DNA of 64,000 bases from Guillardia theta CCMP2712 (taxonomy: Eukaryota; Protista; Cryptophyta). Within the stretch, counting starts at the first letter, position 1. Each line of letters opens with the position of its first letter. Below the pieces are notes generated by a model. It saw only the letters and a program-made list of their open reading frames with translations. It was not told the origin of the DNA and did no database searches. The stretch covers positions 687,551-751,550 of the forward strand of contig NW_005434657.1 in NCBI RefSeq assembly GCF_000315625.1. Reading direction: 5' to 3'. Below are positions 53,436 to 64,000 of this stretch, piece after piece. Made by a program: the position numbers and the translations under genes.

Positions 53436-56384
53436 AATTACCTTCGTGCGTTCGGGGGACAAGCTGGAAGAGCACATGGTGAAATGGCCAATCGCAGGGC
53501 TGAAGGAATCCTCGAAGTCCGGCAGCTCGTCCACAGTGGCGTACGCGAGCTGTAGAGAGGACAGCAGGTGGCCTGAAAGAAGCGAAGAGACGACAGTGAG
53601 ACGAGGAGCAAGCAAGGGATGTGATGATGGTGATGCAAACGATGATGATGATGATGATGATGATGATGGTACTGCTGCTGCTTATGCTGGTGGTGGTGGT
53701 GATGATGATGATGATGAGAGGAGGGGGGTGGGGGAGAAGGAGGAAGAGGAGGAGGTAAAGGAGGAGGAGGAGTGTTATCAGATCGAGAAAATCCATAAGA
53801 AGAACATGAGGAGGAGGAGACGACCAGAAGCTTCGACGCTGCCAGGTCGGATAGCAAGAGGAGCTTCACAGGCATCCGCAGTCTGCAGCTTCTCAAGCTT
53901 GAGCTTCACCTAACAAGTTGAGAAAACAATCAGGATGACTCAAGGACGTCGTTCCAGAGGAGAGAGGAGAGAGGAGAGAGGAGAGAGGAGAGAGGAGAGA
54001 GGAGAGAGGAGAGAGGAGAGAGGAGAGAGGAGAGAGGAGAGAGGAGAGAGGAAAGAGGAGAGAGGAGAGAGGAGAGAGGAGAGAGGAGAGAGGAGAGAGG
54101 AGAGAGGAGAGAGGAGAGAGGAGAGGGAGGGGGAAGGGGAAGAAACAATCAAGAAGAGTCCAGTGCAGAGGAGAGGAGGAATGGGGAGGAAATGCTAACC
54201 GTATCGAGACTCTCCTGCAACTCAAGCTCGCAAACGTCTCCGAGCAGCTCAACAAGATCCTGCAGAGATCGAGAGGGTGAGGAGGTGGCACGGGGAAACT
54301 CAGTGACCTTGTACAGAACGAGGTACTCGGCCTCGTTGTCCCGTAGGACGAGCCCATGGGCAGAGAGAAGCTCGATGTTGGTCTCCAGTCCGTACGGTAG
54401 CAGCACCTCCTCCCCGGCTCTCCATTCCCTAGTCGGAGGATGACGAGGGAGAGAGGGAGGAGGAAAAGGAGGCACCTTGTTGAGCAGATGTCGATGTAAG
54501 AGTCTTGTAACGCAACTCTCAGCGTCGTCGAGGTGACAGCACAGCAGCGCACAGCGCACAAGGACAGGATGAGCATCAGACAGGGGGGAGGATTTGAGGA
54601 GAAGGTTTCACGACACAGGACGGGATCAAACCTCCGTCATCCCCTTGAACGACCTTGTGAAAATCGTCAGTCATGAACATGCCAGGCAGCGACCGGACTA
54701 CCTGCCAGGGGTTCTCGAGGATCTCGAGAGAGTCTTTGAACTCGGACTCCAGCTTCGCCCTTTCACCGCATCACGTCCTCCTGCAACCAGCCGCCTCATA
54801 CCATGTGACGGGGGACTCGGGCAGGTGGTTGAAGAGGTCTGCGGCCTACAGGAGTTTGAGGTCGGATATGACTTGACTCTCTCTCTCTTACAGGCACAAG
54901 ACTACGGGCTGGTCGGGCAAAGTCCTCGTTGCTGTCCAGCAAGAACGATCGGCTCCTGACGATACTGGCGGTTGAGCTTGTCAAAACCAGCTGATCAGCG
55001 CTGAGAGTCTCACCCGAGCGCCCACTTGAGACGCTCCTCGTCCAGGTTGTTCTCCTTTGCACAATCACTGGGAGCAACATGAGCTAGCGATCGGCGGCAG
55101 TCGGAGGACGCGACGCAACTTTGACTGCGACCGCTCCACCCACCTTACAAGCTCATCGAAGTGCAGCTTGAGAGCCTGTAACAAGGAGAAGAAGCAGGAG
55201 GAGGAGAAGAGCAAGGAAAAGGAGGCAAGGAGGCAAAAGAGGAGGAGGAGGAGGAGGAGGAGGAGGAGGAGGAGGAGGAGGAGACTTCAGAAATGGAAAA
55301 GCAAGGCTGTCGAATGAGGAGGATTTCCTTGATTTCTTCAACGGCAGGCTCGAACTGAAGCTGCTCGATCTCCTCTAAATCCCACATGACCTGTCATCGC
55401 ACGTTTTATGCATAAGAATCGCCTCGTGCTCGCTCGAGTCAACCGCTGAGTGGAGAGCTGTCGGCAGAACAGCATTGGCATACTCTTGCCAGAGTTTGCT
55501 CTTCTGAGCAGAGTGGAGGTTCATCAGCTATGTTGACACCATCGACGTTGCACGTACTTGTTCGTTTTCATCTCCTGATTCCTCCAGCACCTGACAAGAT
55601 CCTCAGCTCGCTGCAAGCTCATCGCACGCTGCGAGCCTGCAAGAGGTTGACCGCCAGCCGAATGTCTGAGGAAAGCTCGCCCTTGATGCTCTTGGCGGGT
55701 ACAGTAATGGCCAAGTCTGTTCGACCACTCAGCCTTCATGGCAGCAGAGGGATGGCCAACCCAAAGGAACGCTGATCAAGACGTCTCCAGGCTGTATGCT
55801 CTTCTTGGCTATGAATCCAAGGTCACAAGTGCCCGTGTCCTACCGTGAGTGAGGAGGATCGAACAAGCGTCAGGTCAGTTTGTGCCTGAGTCTTGGTGAG
55901 CTCGAGGAGGGTGTTGTCAATGTCCTGCCATTGCTTGTGAGGAGATGGATAGATTACCACTGATCTTCTTGCAGCTGATCTTCTACAGACGGTCGAGCAG
56001 GTAATCGACTTACAGGTAAAATGTCCATCTTTTCCCACAAGGACTTCTGGAAAGATGGCCAACCTTGGTCTGGTGCAAGGGTTCACAGAGGCAGAGACTG
56101 GAGTCAGCAGTTAACTTACTGGCTTGCAACGAGCAGCGGGAGGTAACTAGTCCTCGACATCTCTGTAGCTTGCATGCGCTTTTTTGTATTGAAGCACCGC
56201 GGAACGAGCTTAATGTAGGGGAAAATGCAACGAGGGGGGAGGAATGGTGTGATGGAGACGACAGTGAGGAGAAGGAGGAGGAGAAGGAGGAGGAGGAGAA
56301 GGAGGAGGAGGAGGAGGAGGAGGAGAAGGAAGACGCTGAAGTAGCAAGCGACAGGGGTAGGAGGAAAAGGAACCACACAGTCAT
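52917..56384 (-). CDS. SET-domain protein lysine methyltransferase, Rubisco-LSMT/SETD3-like, probably plastid-targeted
   Basis: LWQEYANAVLP, MWDLEEIEQLQ, VRSRSF and AGEEVLLPYGLETNIELLSAHGLVL. Substrate-binding-like LCEEELKRMETSLADD..RRKLALEYR..KRML. Signal peptide plus Ser-rich region and AFSP. Confidence 0.82.
53956..54125 (+). repeat. (GAGAGGA)n heptamer microsatellite, intronic
   Basis: Tandem heptamer. Confidence 0.95.
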
Positions 56385-56694
56385 TGCGGCTGCTCGGCCC
56401 CCCGAGAGAGAAAAAAAAGGGGGGGCAGAGCCGTAAAATGTTGTTTTTTTCTCTATCCTGCAAATAACCGCCAAACTGACATGTTGACTTTTTTTATCCC
56501 TGAGCCGCCGCCAATGGAGGGACGAACGTTTGCGGCTACCCCCTCTTCCTCCCTCCCCTCCCTCCCTCCTCCTCCTCTATCACGTTCAGATCGTTCTCCT
56601 CTTGTCCTATCCTCCTCTTCCTTCCTCTGAGTCATTGCCGGCTGCCTTCTTGTACCGCCCCATTCGCATGCGTCGTCTTACTCCTCGCGCGACT

Positions 56695-59600
56695 ATGGCG
56701 GGCAAGTACGTCAAGATCTTGATCATGCTCTCAGCAGTCAGCAAAGCATGTTGCGTCAAGTCCATTAGCAACTTCAGCCCTCGTACGGTGCCTATCAATC
56801 TTGCATGGACAGTGGAATTGATTGGTTCTGAACTTTCTTCAACGGACATGCTTGCAGTTTTGACCGACGCCAGCAGTTGCGACCAGAATTCAACGTTATA
56901 CTTCTCTGTTCCTTCTACACGTATGTACTCAGTATCTGAGGCTGGGACTTCCGCAACCGTGACTGCTCGAATTTCAAGCCCAGGGACTTTTTCAGTGTGC
57001 TTCTACTTTTCTGACTCGAAGGCTTGGAAAACTATTGGAACCGTCCTTGTCAGTCCTCCAAATGTGACAGCGTTGTCTTTGCCCTCGCAAATGAATCTTG
57101 GGAATCAAACTGGTTCACAACCTGTATTGCAATTTCTGTCACAGCATGATTATTCTTTGCAACTTTCTGGCGTTGGTTTGGTTGTTAACCAGAATTTGCT
57201 TTCGCTGAGCTGGAAACCAGACAATTGCTCGAACGATTTATCTATGCCAGGAGGGACCAACGTCGGACTTTCAACTGCAAACAATGAAGGGACGAGCGGA
57301 ACCTTCACATTCAGATTGACATCGCCCGATCCGTATGACAAGCTTGCGCTTTGTTTGAACTATTCTCGAGGGAACAGGATTTACGAAGTTTACTCTTATG
57401 GATTACCATTTGCAAATGCAAAGCTGGAGGCTCCGATCTATGCGACTTGGACAGCGAGATTGCAGAACAATCAAGAAGTAAATGCCGTGAGTCCCAGCAA
57501 TCAAGTGACCTTCATCGTGCAAGGTACCAACATCTGGACCAGTCAACTTCAAGCTTCATGTAGCATGGCTTTGACGCCGTACGTGATCTGTATCAAGATA
57601 GCCACAAGCTGCGATGGGGCCTTCACTGATACGTCTGACATAAGTGGAGGCGACAGTGTTCTCCTTACAGATCGAGGCGCGAACTCAGGACAAGCTGTTG
57701 TGACATTCTCCACCACAACCAACGACATTACTGCCAAAGTGTGTGCTCGAATGGCTGGGACTACTGTTTGGACACAGGTCGGAAACTCAACGTTCTTGAT
57801 CCGGGCTCCTTACTTCCAAGCAATCTCACCGGTTCTGGACTCATCCGCAGCTTTTTCTGTCACCTTGACAGGGGGTGGATTCAACGCCAATACCTTCGTT
57901 AAGATAACCGATGATTGCTCGATATCACCAACGAGTGATACTAGCAACATCAAAGGTGGAGACGGTCGAAGTTGTACTCCGGTTTCGGCTACACAATGCA
58001 TCGTTGACTTCAGTGGATTGATTTCCGACATTGATACAGTAGGAGAGGTGTGCATGAGGGACCTTGGGACAAGCTATAAGAGTGCTTTCAACCAGTCGCT
58101 GACGAAAGCGGGGAGCGTTCTCATCTACAAGTCTGTAGTGATCAATGCGACTCTTCCCAGCTCAGCGCGGTCAGGGCAGCAGTTCTCCATCACTGTCGGT
58201 GGTAGCAGGATGTTTGCCAGCGGTCAAGGAAGCTTCCAATTCAAGTTTGCGTCGAGCTGCTCCAGCTCGCTGACAGACGTGTATGGAAGCACTGTGTCAC
58301 TGACTGTCAGTGCAGATCGTAGTGTCGGGACAGCATCTTTCATCTTGGGAGCCATGTCCAACAAGACGGTCTACCTGTGCTACAAAAGGACATACAGCAC
58401 TGTCTTTTCCCCGCTCAGCAACTATGCTGTCTTCCTGCAAGAGATGGTGGTTCATTCCTTCACGCCAGACCAAGTCAATTCTAGAACTCCTTTCTCGCTC
58501 TCGTTGACTGGTTCAAACCTGATTGTCTCGGCGCTACAAGTCAAAATCTCCTTCGATTGCTCGCTCAACACCGACAGCGATACCACTCAAGTCATCCAGG
58601 GAGGAGCCGGCAAGACTTCGTCTGACGGCGTTTCCTTTGGGTTTGAGCTCGTGTCAACGATCCTGGTATCTCAAGCTCAAGTCTGCTGGAGGCTCGTCGG
58701 CTCCTCGTACAAGCAGGCAGGCTCCTCCTCCCTCGCCCTGCAGCCCATCCAGATCACTTCCTTCACACTCGCCAACCTCGTCAGCCTCGGCCAAATGTTG
58801 GCCATCGAGCTCGTCGGTACCACTGGGACAGGAACAACTCCCATCTACGTCAAGGCAGCGGCAGACTGCTCCTCCAATGCCGACAACGTCGGGACCATCC
58901 CAGGCTCGGAGGGTCAGGTCGCGACGATTGAGAACTCGAAGCTTGTGGTGAAGATGCTGATGCTGACAGTGCAGCCTGTGACGCTGATGCTGTGCTGGCG
59001 GGTTGCGTCAAGCCCGTACATGAGGGTCGGTCAGCAGTCGATCTCTCTCCCTGCGTTCTCCATCACTCAGATTCAGACCTCCTACGCCATCTCCGGGGTT
59101 CCCTTCATCGTCACGTTGGTCGCCCAGCCTGCCGTCGCGTTTCCTGAGCTCTCGTCGAACCTGCCGATCAAAGTGAAACTCGCGAGAGACTGTCAGACCT
59201 ACTCGATGTCAGACGCGAGCGACGTGACGGGAGGGGACGGGAGGGTGCTGGACTCCATGTCAGCTGGACGAGACCTCGCCCTGTACTCGTTCAACATTCA
59301 AGTCTACGAGACGACAACCCTGCAGGTCTGCTGGACCATGAAGACAACCTTGTACGGATACTCGTGGATCGGCCAGACCTGGTTGCTGACTGTCTACCCG
59401 GCCTCAGCTGTCGTCTCAGCTGTCAGCCCTGCTGTCCCTATGGTGAACCAGCCGGTCACCCTGACGCTGCTGGGAGATCTCGGCCTGCTCAACTCTGCGA
59501 TGATCCCCGTAAAGGTCAAACTGTCGCGGCAGTGCCGAGGGAAGACGAACTTCAACGGGCTGGTCGACATAGTGGGAGGAGAGGCAAGAGTGATCGAATG

Positions 59601-62600
59601 TGCGAGTAAGAGCACTGCATGCGCCATCCAGCAAACCTGTGGGAGCGACGCAGTCACTGCCTCCATCTCCTTCGTCCCCAATGTCGCCGTGTCAGGCTAT
59701 CAAGTCTGCATCGCCATGCAGTCTCCTGACTTGATCTCCGGCACCTGGCAGACTGCTTCCTTCCTCTCTGCCGTCCCGTCGATCTCCCGGCGAATCTGGT
59801 CCCCCGCCATCTTGAACGCGAGCCTGGAGGACAACAGCTTCCCCGTCCTCGGCGTTCCCTTCACTGTCCTCTTCCTCGGCGTTGGGTTTTCTGACTCCGG
59901 CGATCGGGTCAAAGTCAAGATGATCCCGGGCAACCAGCTCTGCGGCTATCCCTTTGCCCCCGTCGGGCCCAGTTGCCAGTGCACAGGAGGAGGAGTAGCC
60001 TTGTCTGCGGGAGCTTGCCAGTGTCTCCCCACCTCCTCCGACTTCTCCCTCATCCCCAACAGCCTCGTCTCCTACATCCATGCAGTGAACGCGTCCTCTG
60101 CCATCCTCTCCATCACCAGCGCCGTCAGCGGAGAGGTGCGGCTGTGCTCGACGGTGGAGGCCGCCGATGGGACCAACAGCCCCTACGAGGAGGTGATGCA
60201 TTTCAGCATCCTTGCGCCGGTGGTGGACTGTGTCTCTCCTCCCATCGTCTCCTACCAGAGCAGGACGAGGATGCGGCTGGTGGGGCGAGGGATCAGCGGA
60301 GCTGACCAGCTCAAGCTCGTCTCCTCCTCCCTCTCCTGCTCAGCGGCCTCTGTTCTCTGGTTTTCTCCTCTCCAGCTCTCTCAACTCTTCGACGCTCGGG
60401 TGGATCCGCGCGGGCAGTGGGCCACCTTCACTCTCGTCTCCCCAGCTGAGGGAAGTGCTGGAGGAAATAGCTTCATCGTCTGCTACTCCTCCTCCTCCTC
60501 CAAGGGAGTCTTCGTAGCTGTCGGAGAGGGGGGGCTGCAGCTTGACCGAGCGAGGGTCAGCAGTGTTTCTCCTTCCTCGGTCTACCTCGGAACATCCTTC
60601 ATGCTCACGGTGAGAGGAAGCGGAATGAGCGAGAGTCACTCCATCTACCTCGTCCCCTCGCAAGCTTCATGCAGCTCCTCCTCCTCCTCGCCATGGACGC
60701 CTGGACCTCTGACTTGTGACCTCTCGACTGGATCTGAGCGAAACTGCGCAGTGAGCATGAGCTATGATTTGACGTCCGCCGTCGTTCAGCCCATCAACTA
60801 CTCCGTCTGCTACTCCACCAGCACCAGCAACTCAACTGCCAGTCTCCTCCTCGCCCTCCTCCCGACTGTCTCTGACGTTGTCCCTTCCATCGCCTATGCC
60901 GGCATCAGCAACTCGTTGACGGTGCGAGGGAGGGGTCTCTCCTCCTCCCTCTCTCGCTCCCTCGTCCTCCTCTCTCCCTACAGGAGCTGTGCGGATGCTG
61001 ACGTATACCCCGACGTGACCACCAGCGACCGCGCGACCTTCCAGCCGAGCTCGCAGCAGGAGCAGCAGATCGTCTTGCTCTCCCTGCTCGCAGGCATCAG
61101 CGGCATGGCCAAGGTCTGCGTGCGGGTGGGAGGAGCACCCTTCACTGAGGCAGGTCGGGTTGAGATCCTCCCGCCTGCCACCCAGAACGTGAGCGTGAAG
61201 ACCCTGGTAGACCTCAGGGACGCCAGCAAGACTTCAGCTGGACTCGGTCTAACGGTCTTGCTGGAGGGGAAGGGGCTGACAGCTCCAGAGCTGTTCCTCA
61301 AGATCGTCCCGGAGGGGAGGAACTGCTCGGGGAGCATCGACCTCGAGGCAGACGTGGCGAGAGGAGGAGGAGGGCAAGCGGTGACCAACATGCGGGCTGA
61401 CTTTCCCGACGGGATTCTCGAGAGGGGGAGGATGAAGGTGTGCTTGCTGGGGAAGGGTTGGAGCACCTTCGTGGAGGTAGGAGGAGGTTCGTTCGAGGTC
61501 ATCTCCGCAGGAGCAAACATCTCCGACTTCCAACCCAAGTCGACGGTGACGGGGAGGAGGACGAGGCTCAACGTCAGCAGCATCGGGAGGGCGAGCAGGT
61601 TGGGCAGCTTGCTCTTCCTCGCACAAGACTGCAGGAACCAGCTGACGGCGCAGGGCGACATCGTCCCGCTCCTCGACAGTGAAGACGCGGCAGGACGAGA
61701 CGCGTACGCCATGATCCTGGGGAGCAGCGTGCAGCAGCTGTCGGTGTGTGTGGTGGCGGAGCAGGGAGGAGACGCCATCGACCTCGGCAAAATCTCCTTC
61801 CTCTTCGACCCCTCCTTCACTCAGGTCACCCCGACGACCATCATGCCGGGCCAGACCGTCGCCTTCCTGCTGCGAGGGGCTGGGCTCTCCTCCTCAAACC
61901 TCGTCAAGTTGGCTCAGTCGTGCGGGGACCTGACTTCTTCCTCCATCTTTCTCGGGGGCGTCTCCTCTCCGCTCGTCAACATCTCGTCCTCTCTCAACGA
62001 GGCTGCCACACTCTCCTTCTCCATCCTCCCAGCTGCTGCTTCGCTCTCCCCCATTTCCATCTGCGTCGCGCCAGCCTCAGGAAGGAGCTACATCGCCCTC
62101 TCGTCCATTCTCGTCAAGACTGTGCTCCCCTCGATCGTCCTCCCTCCCGCCGCCAACGGTCTCATCTCCATCCCCCGTCACTTTCCGTCCACCTTCCAGC
62201 TGGCAGGGACCAACCTGGCAGTCGGGGACGGTCTCGTCCTTTCCAAGTCTCCCTGCTCCTCCGCGTCGTCTCCCTCCTGGCAGGTGTCGAGCAGCATGCA
62301 GGCGGCAAAGGGAGGAGAGCTCAAGGTCGTCACATCAGCGGATCTTCTTCCTCCTGCTCCTCCTTGCTCTCAGTCAAGGTACAAGCTCGTCTTCCAGGTC
62401 GAGGAAGTCGCCTCCTCCCTCCGCGCCTGCTACGTCCCGCTCGGCTTCTCCTCCTCCATCGAGCTCCCCACCAGGGTCGCCGTCACCTACCCGACGCTAT
62501 CGCTCATCCATCCGCTCTTCACGTTCGCGGGGAGGGCGCAGAAGTACACGTTGCAGGGGAGCGGAGGATACCAGGCGGGAGACCTTCTCCTCCTTGTCCC

Positions 62601-64000
62601 TTCCTATACAGCAGACGGTCTGACTGTGGTCTCCTGCTCCTCCGTCACTGCTGCCGTCCTGTCGGACGCGAGGACGTTGCGGTACGAGGTGAAGGAGGAG
62701 GACGTTGTCGGGACCTCCTTCTCTGCTACCTTTCGGCATGAGGAGGAGAGGATTTCTCTGCGCGCCTGCTACCTTCCCAGTGGCTCCTCGAGCTTGCAGG
62801 AGGTGGGGGCAGGGAGCAGCGTCGACGTCCGCGCTCCTCTATTCGTGCAGGTCTACAACAAGAGCATGTACGCGCGAGAAAACACCAGCATCGTCATCCA
62901 GGGAGAAGGACTTTCTACCAGCGACAGGTGACCCTCCCGCCCGCCATCCTTCACTCCCTCCTCCTCGTTCCCTCCTTCACCCTTGTTCTCCTCTCCTTCC
63001 TTTTCCTCTCCTTCCCTCTCCTCTCCTACCATCTCTTGTCTCCTCAAGCTCTCCTCTCCTCCTTTCCTCTCCCTCGTCCCCTCATCCTCCGACTTTCGCA
63101 GGCTCAAGATCGTTCGTTCCGACCAAGACTGCAGCTCGCTGCTGGTGGTGGACGGGGGAGAGGAGAGGAGTCCCTGGTGGGTGAGCGAGGCGAGCAGCGA
63201 AGCACAGTTATATTTCGAGCTCGCCGTCACAGCGGTGGGGATGGTGAAGCTGTGCTACAAGGATCGGTTCTCCTGCAAGTATCAGGGGCAAGACTTCATC
63301 CTCCTCCTCGCTCCTCGCGTCCTCTCGGCCTCTCCCGTGCACACCTACATCATCTTCAATCGACTCAGCCAGGTTCTCCTGCAGGGACGGGGGCTGCACG
63401 TCACGGACAAGGTCAGAGTGGTCGATGCCAACTCCTCCTGCTCCTCCTCCCCGCCCTTCGCCTTCGGGGAGAGCGGATCGTTCACCAAGGACGAGAGCAG
63501 CAGCGGCTTCATCCTGAGCATCAAGCTCGAAGGGTCCAACACTACTGGGCTCATCTGCCATCGCTACTGCATGGACGTCGGCTGCTCGTACTACAGCCCC
63601 TACGTCAGCAGCTCCGTCCTGATCCTCCTGACCTTCCCGCAGATCTTCGAGGTGAGACGAGGCGAGGAGAAGTTCTGCTGACCCGCTTCGCAGATTGTCC
63701 CCAAGAAGTTTCAGATCAAATCAGCCATCGTCTTCACCCTCTCAGGATGGAGTTTCACGAGCTTTGACCGCGTCAAGGTCTTCCATCCTCCTCCTCCTTC
63801 TCCTCCTCCTCCTCCTCCTCCTCATGGCAACTGACAGGTGGTTGACCGGACTTACGTTTGCGATGGCGATGACGATTCCCTCGGCATCCTCACGGGAGGA
63901 AACGGAAAGGAAATCACCCCCCAGGTTCCCTTTTCTGCCATTCTCTTGCTCCTAATCCCTCCTCCTCCTCCTCAACCAGTAAACCAGGTCAGAGCGAGCC
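56695..64000 (+). CDS. Giant secreted or surface protein with at least 20 tandem Cys-paired IPT/TIG-like repeats; runs off the window
   Basis: Signal peptide MAGKYVKILIMLSAVSKACC. A 6.2-kb first exon, then exons from about 63102 and 63694. Repeated unit of roughly 100-120 aa: V..VSP....G..F.LTL.G.GL....VK....C....GG.G....VC. Confidence 0.88.

Overview
Gene-dense eukaryotic nuclear scaffold with many short GT-AG introns, purine/pyrimidine microsatellite-filled introns and four N gaps. Its style resembles the cryptophyte Guillardia theta, which is an inference and not proven. About 20 genes or gene fragments can be supported. Well-supported calls are mitochondrial Rieske Fe-S protein, ISY1, a DDX20-like helicase, a cytosolic carboxypeptidase (M14D), a FUT8/GT23-like fucosyltransferase, a family I.5/I.6-like lipase, a Rubisco-LSMT-like SET protein and an IQ-motif protein. 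The most unusual content is a set of surface and glycan-related genes: a LysM + CBM-like + GT49 (LARGE-type) transferase; a secreted LamG/ricin-B/2xLysM multilectin; a giant secreted protein of at least 20 Cys-paired Ig/IPT-like repeats; and two beta-propeller genes (one frameshifted) sharing a 'SECSWRC' module and nearby AACTTT motif clusters. Also present are an orphan RPS16 first exon and a PDZ-SHOCT gene split by a single -1 frameshift. All domain calls are from visual motif recognition. Exon structures were spliced by hand, so gene ends are approximate unless stated.
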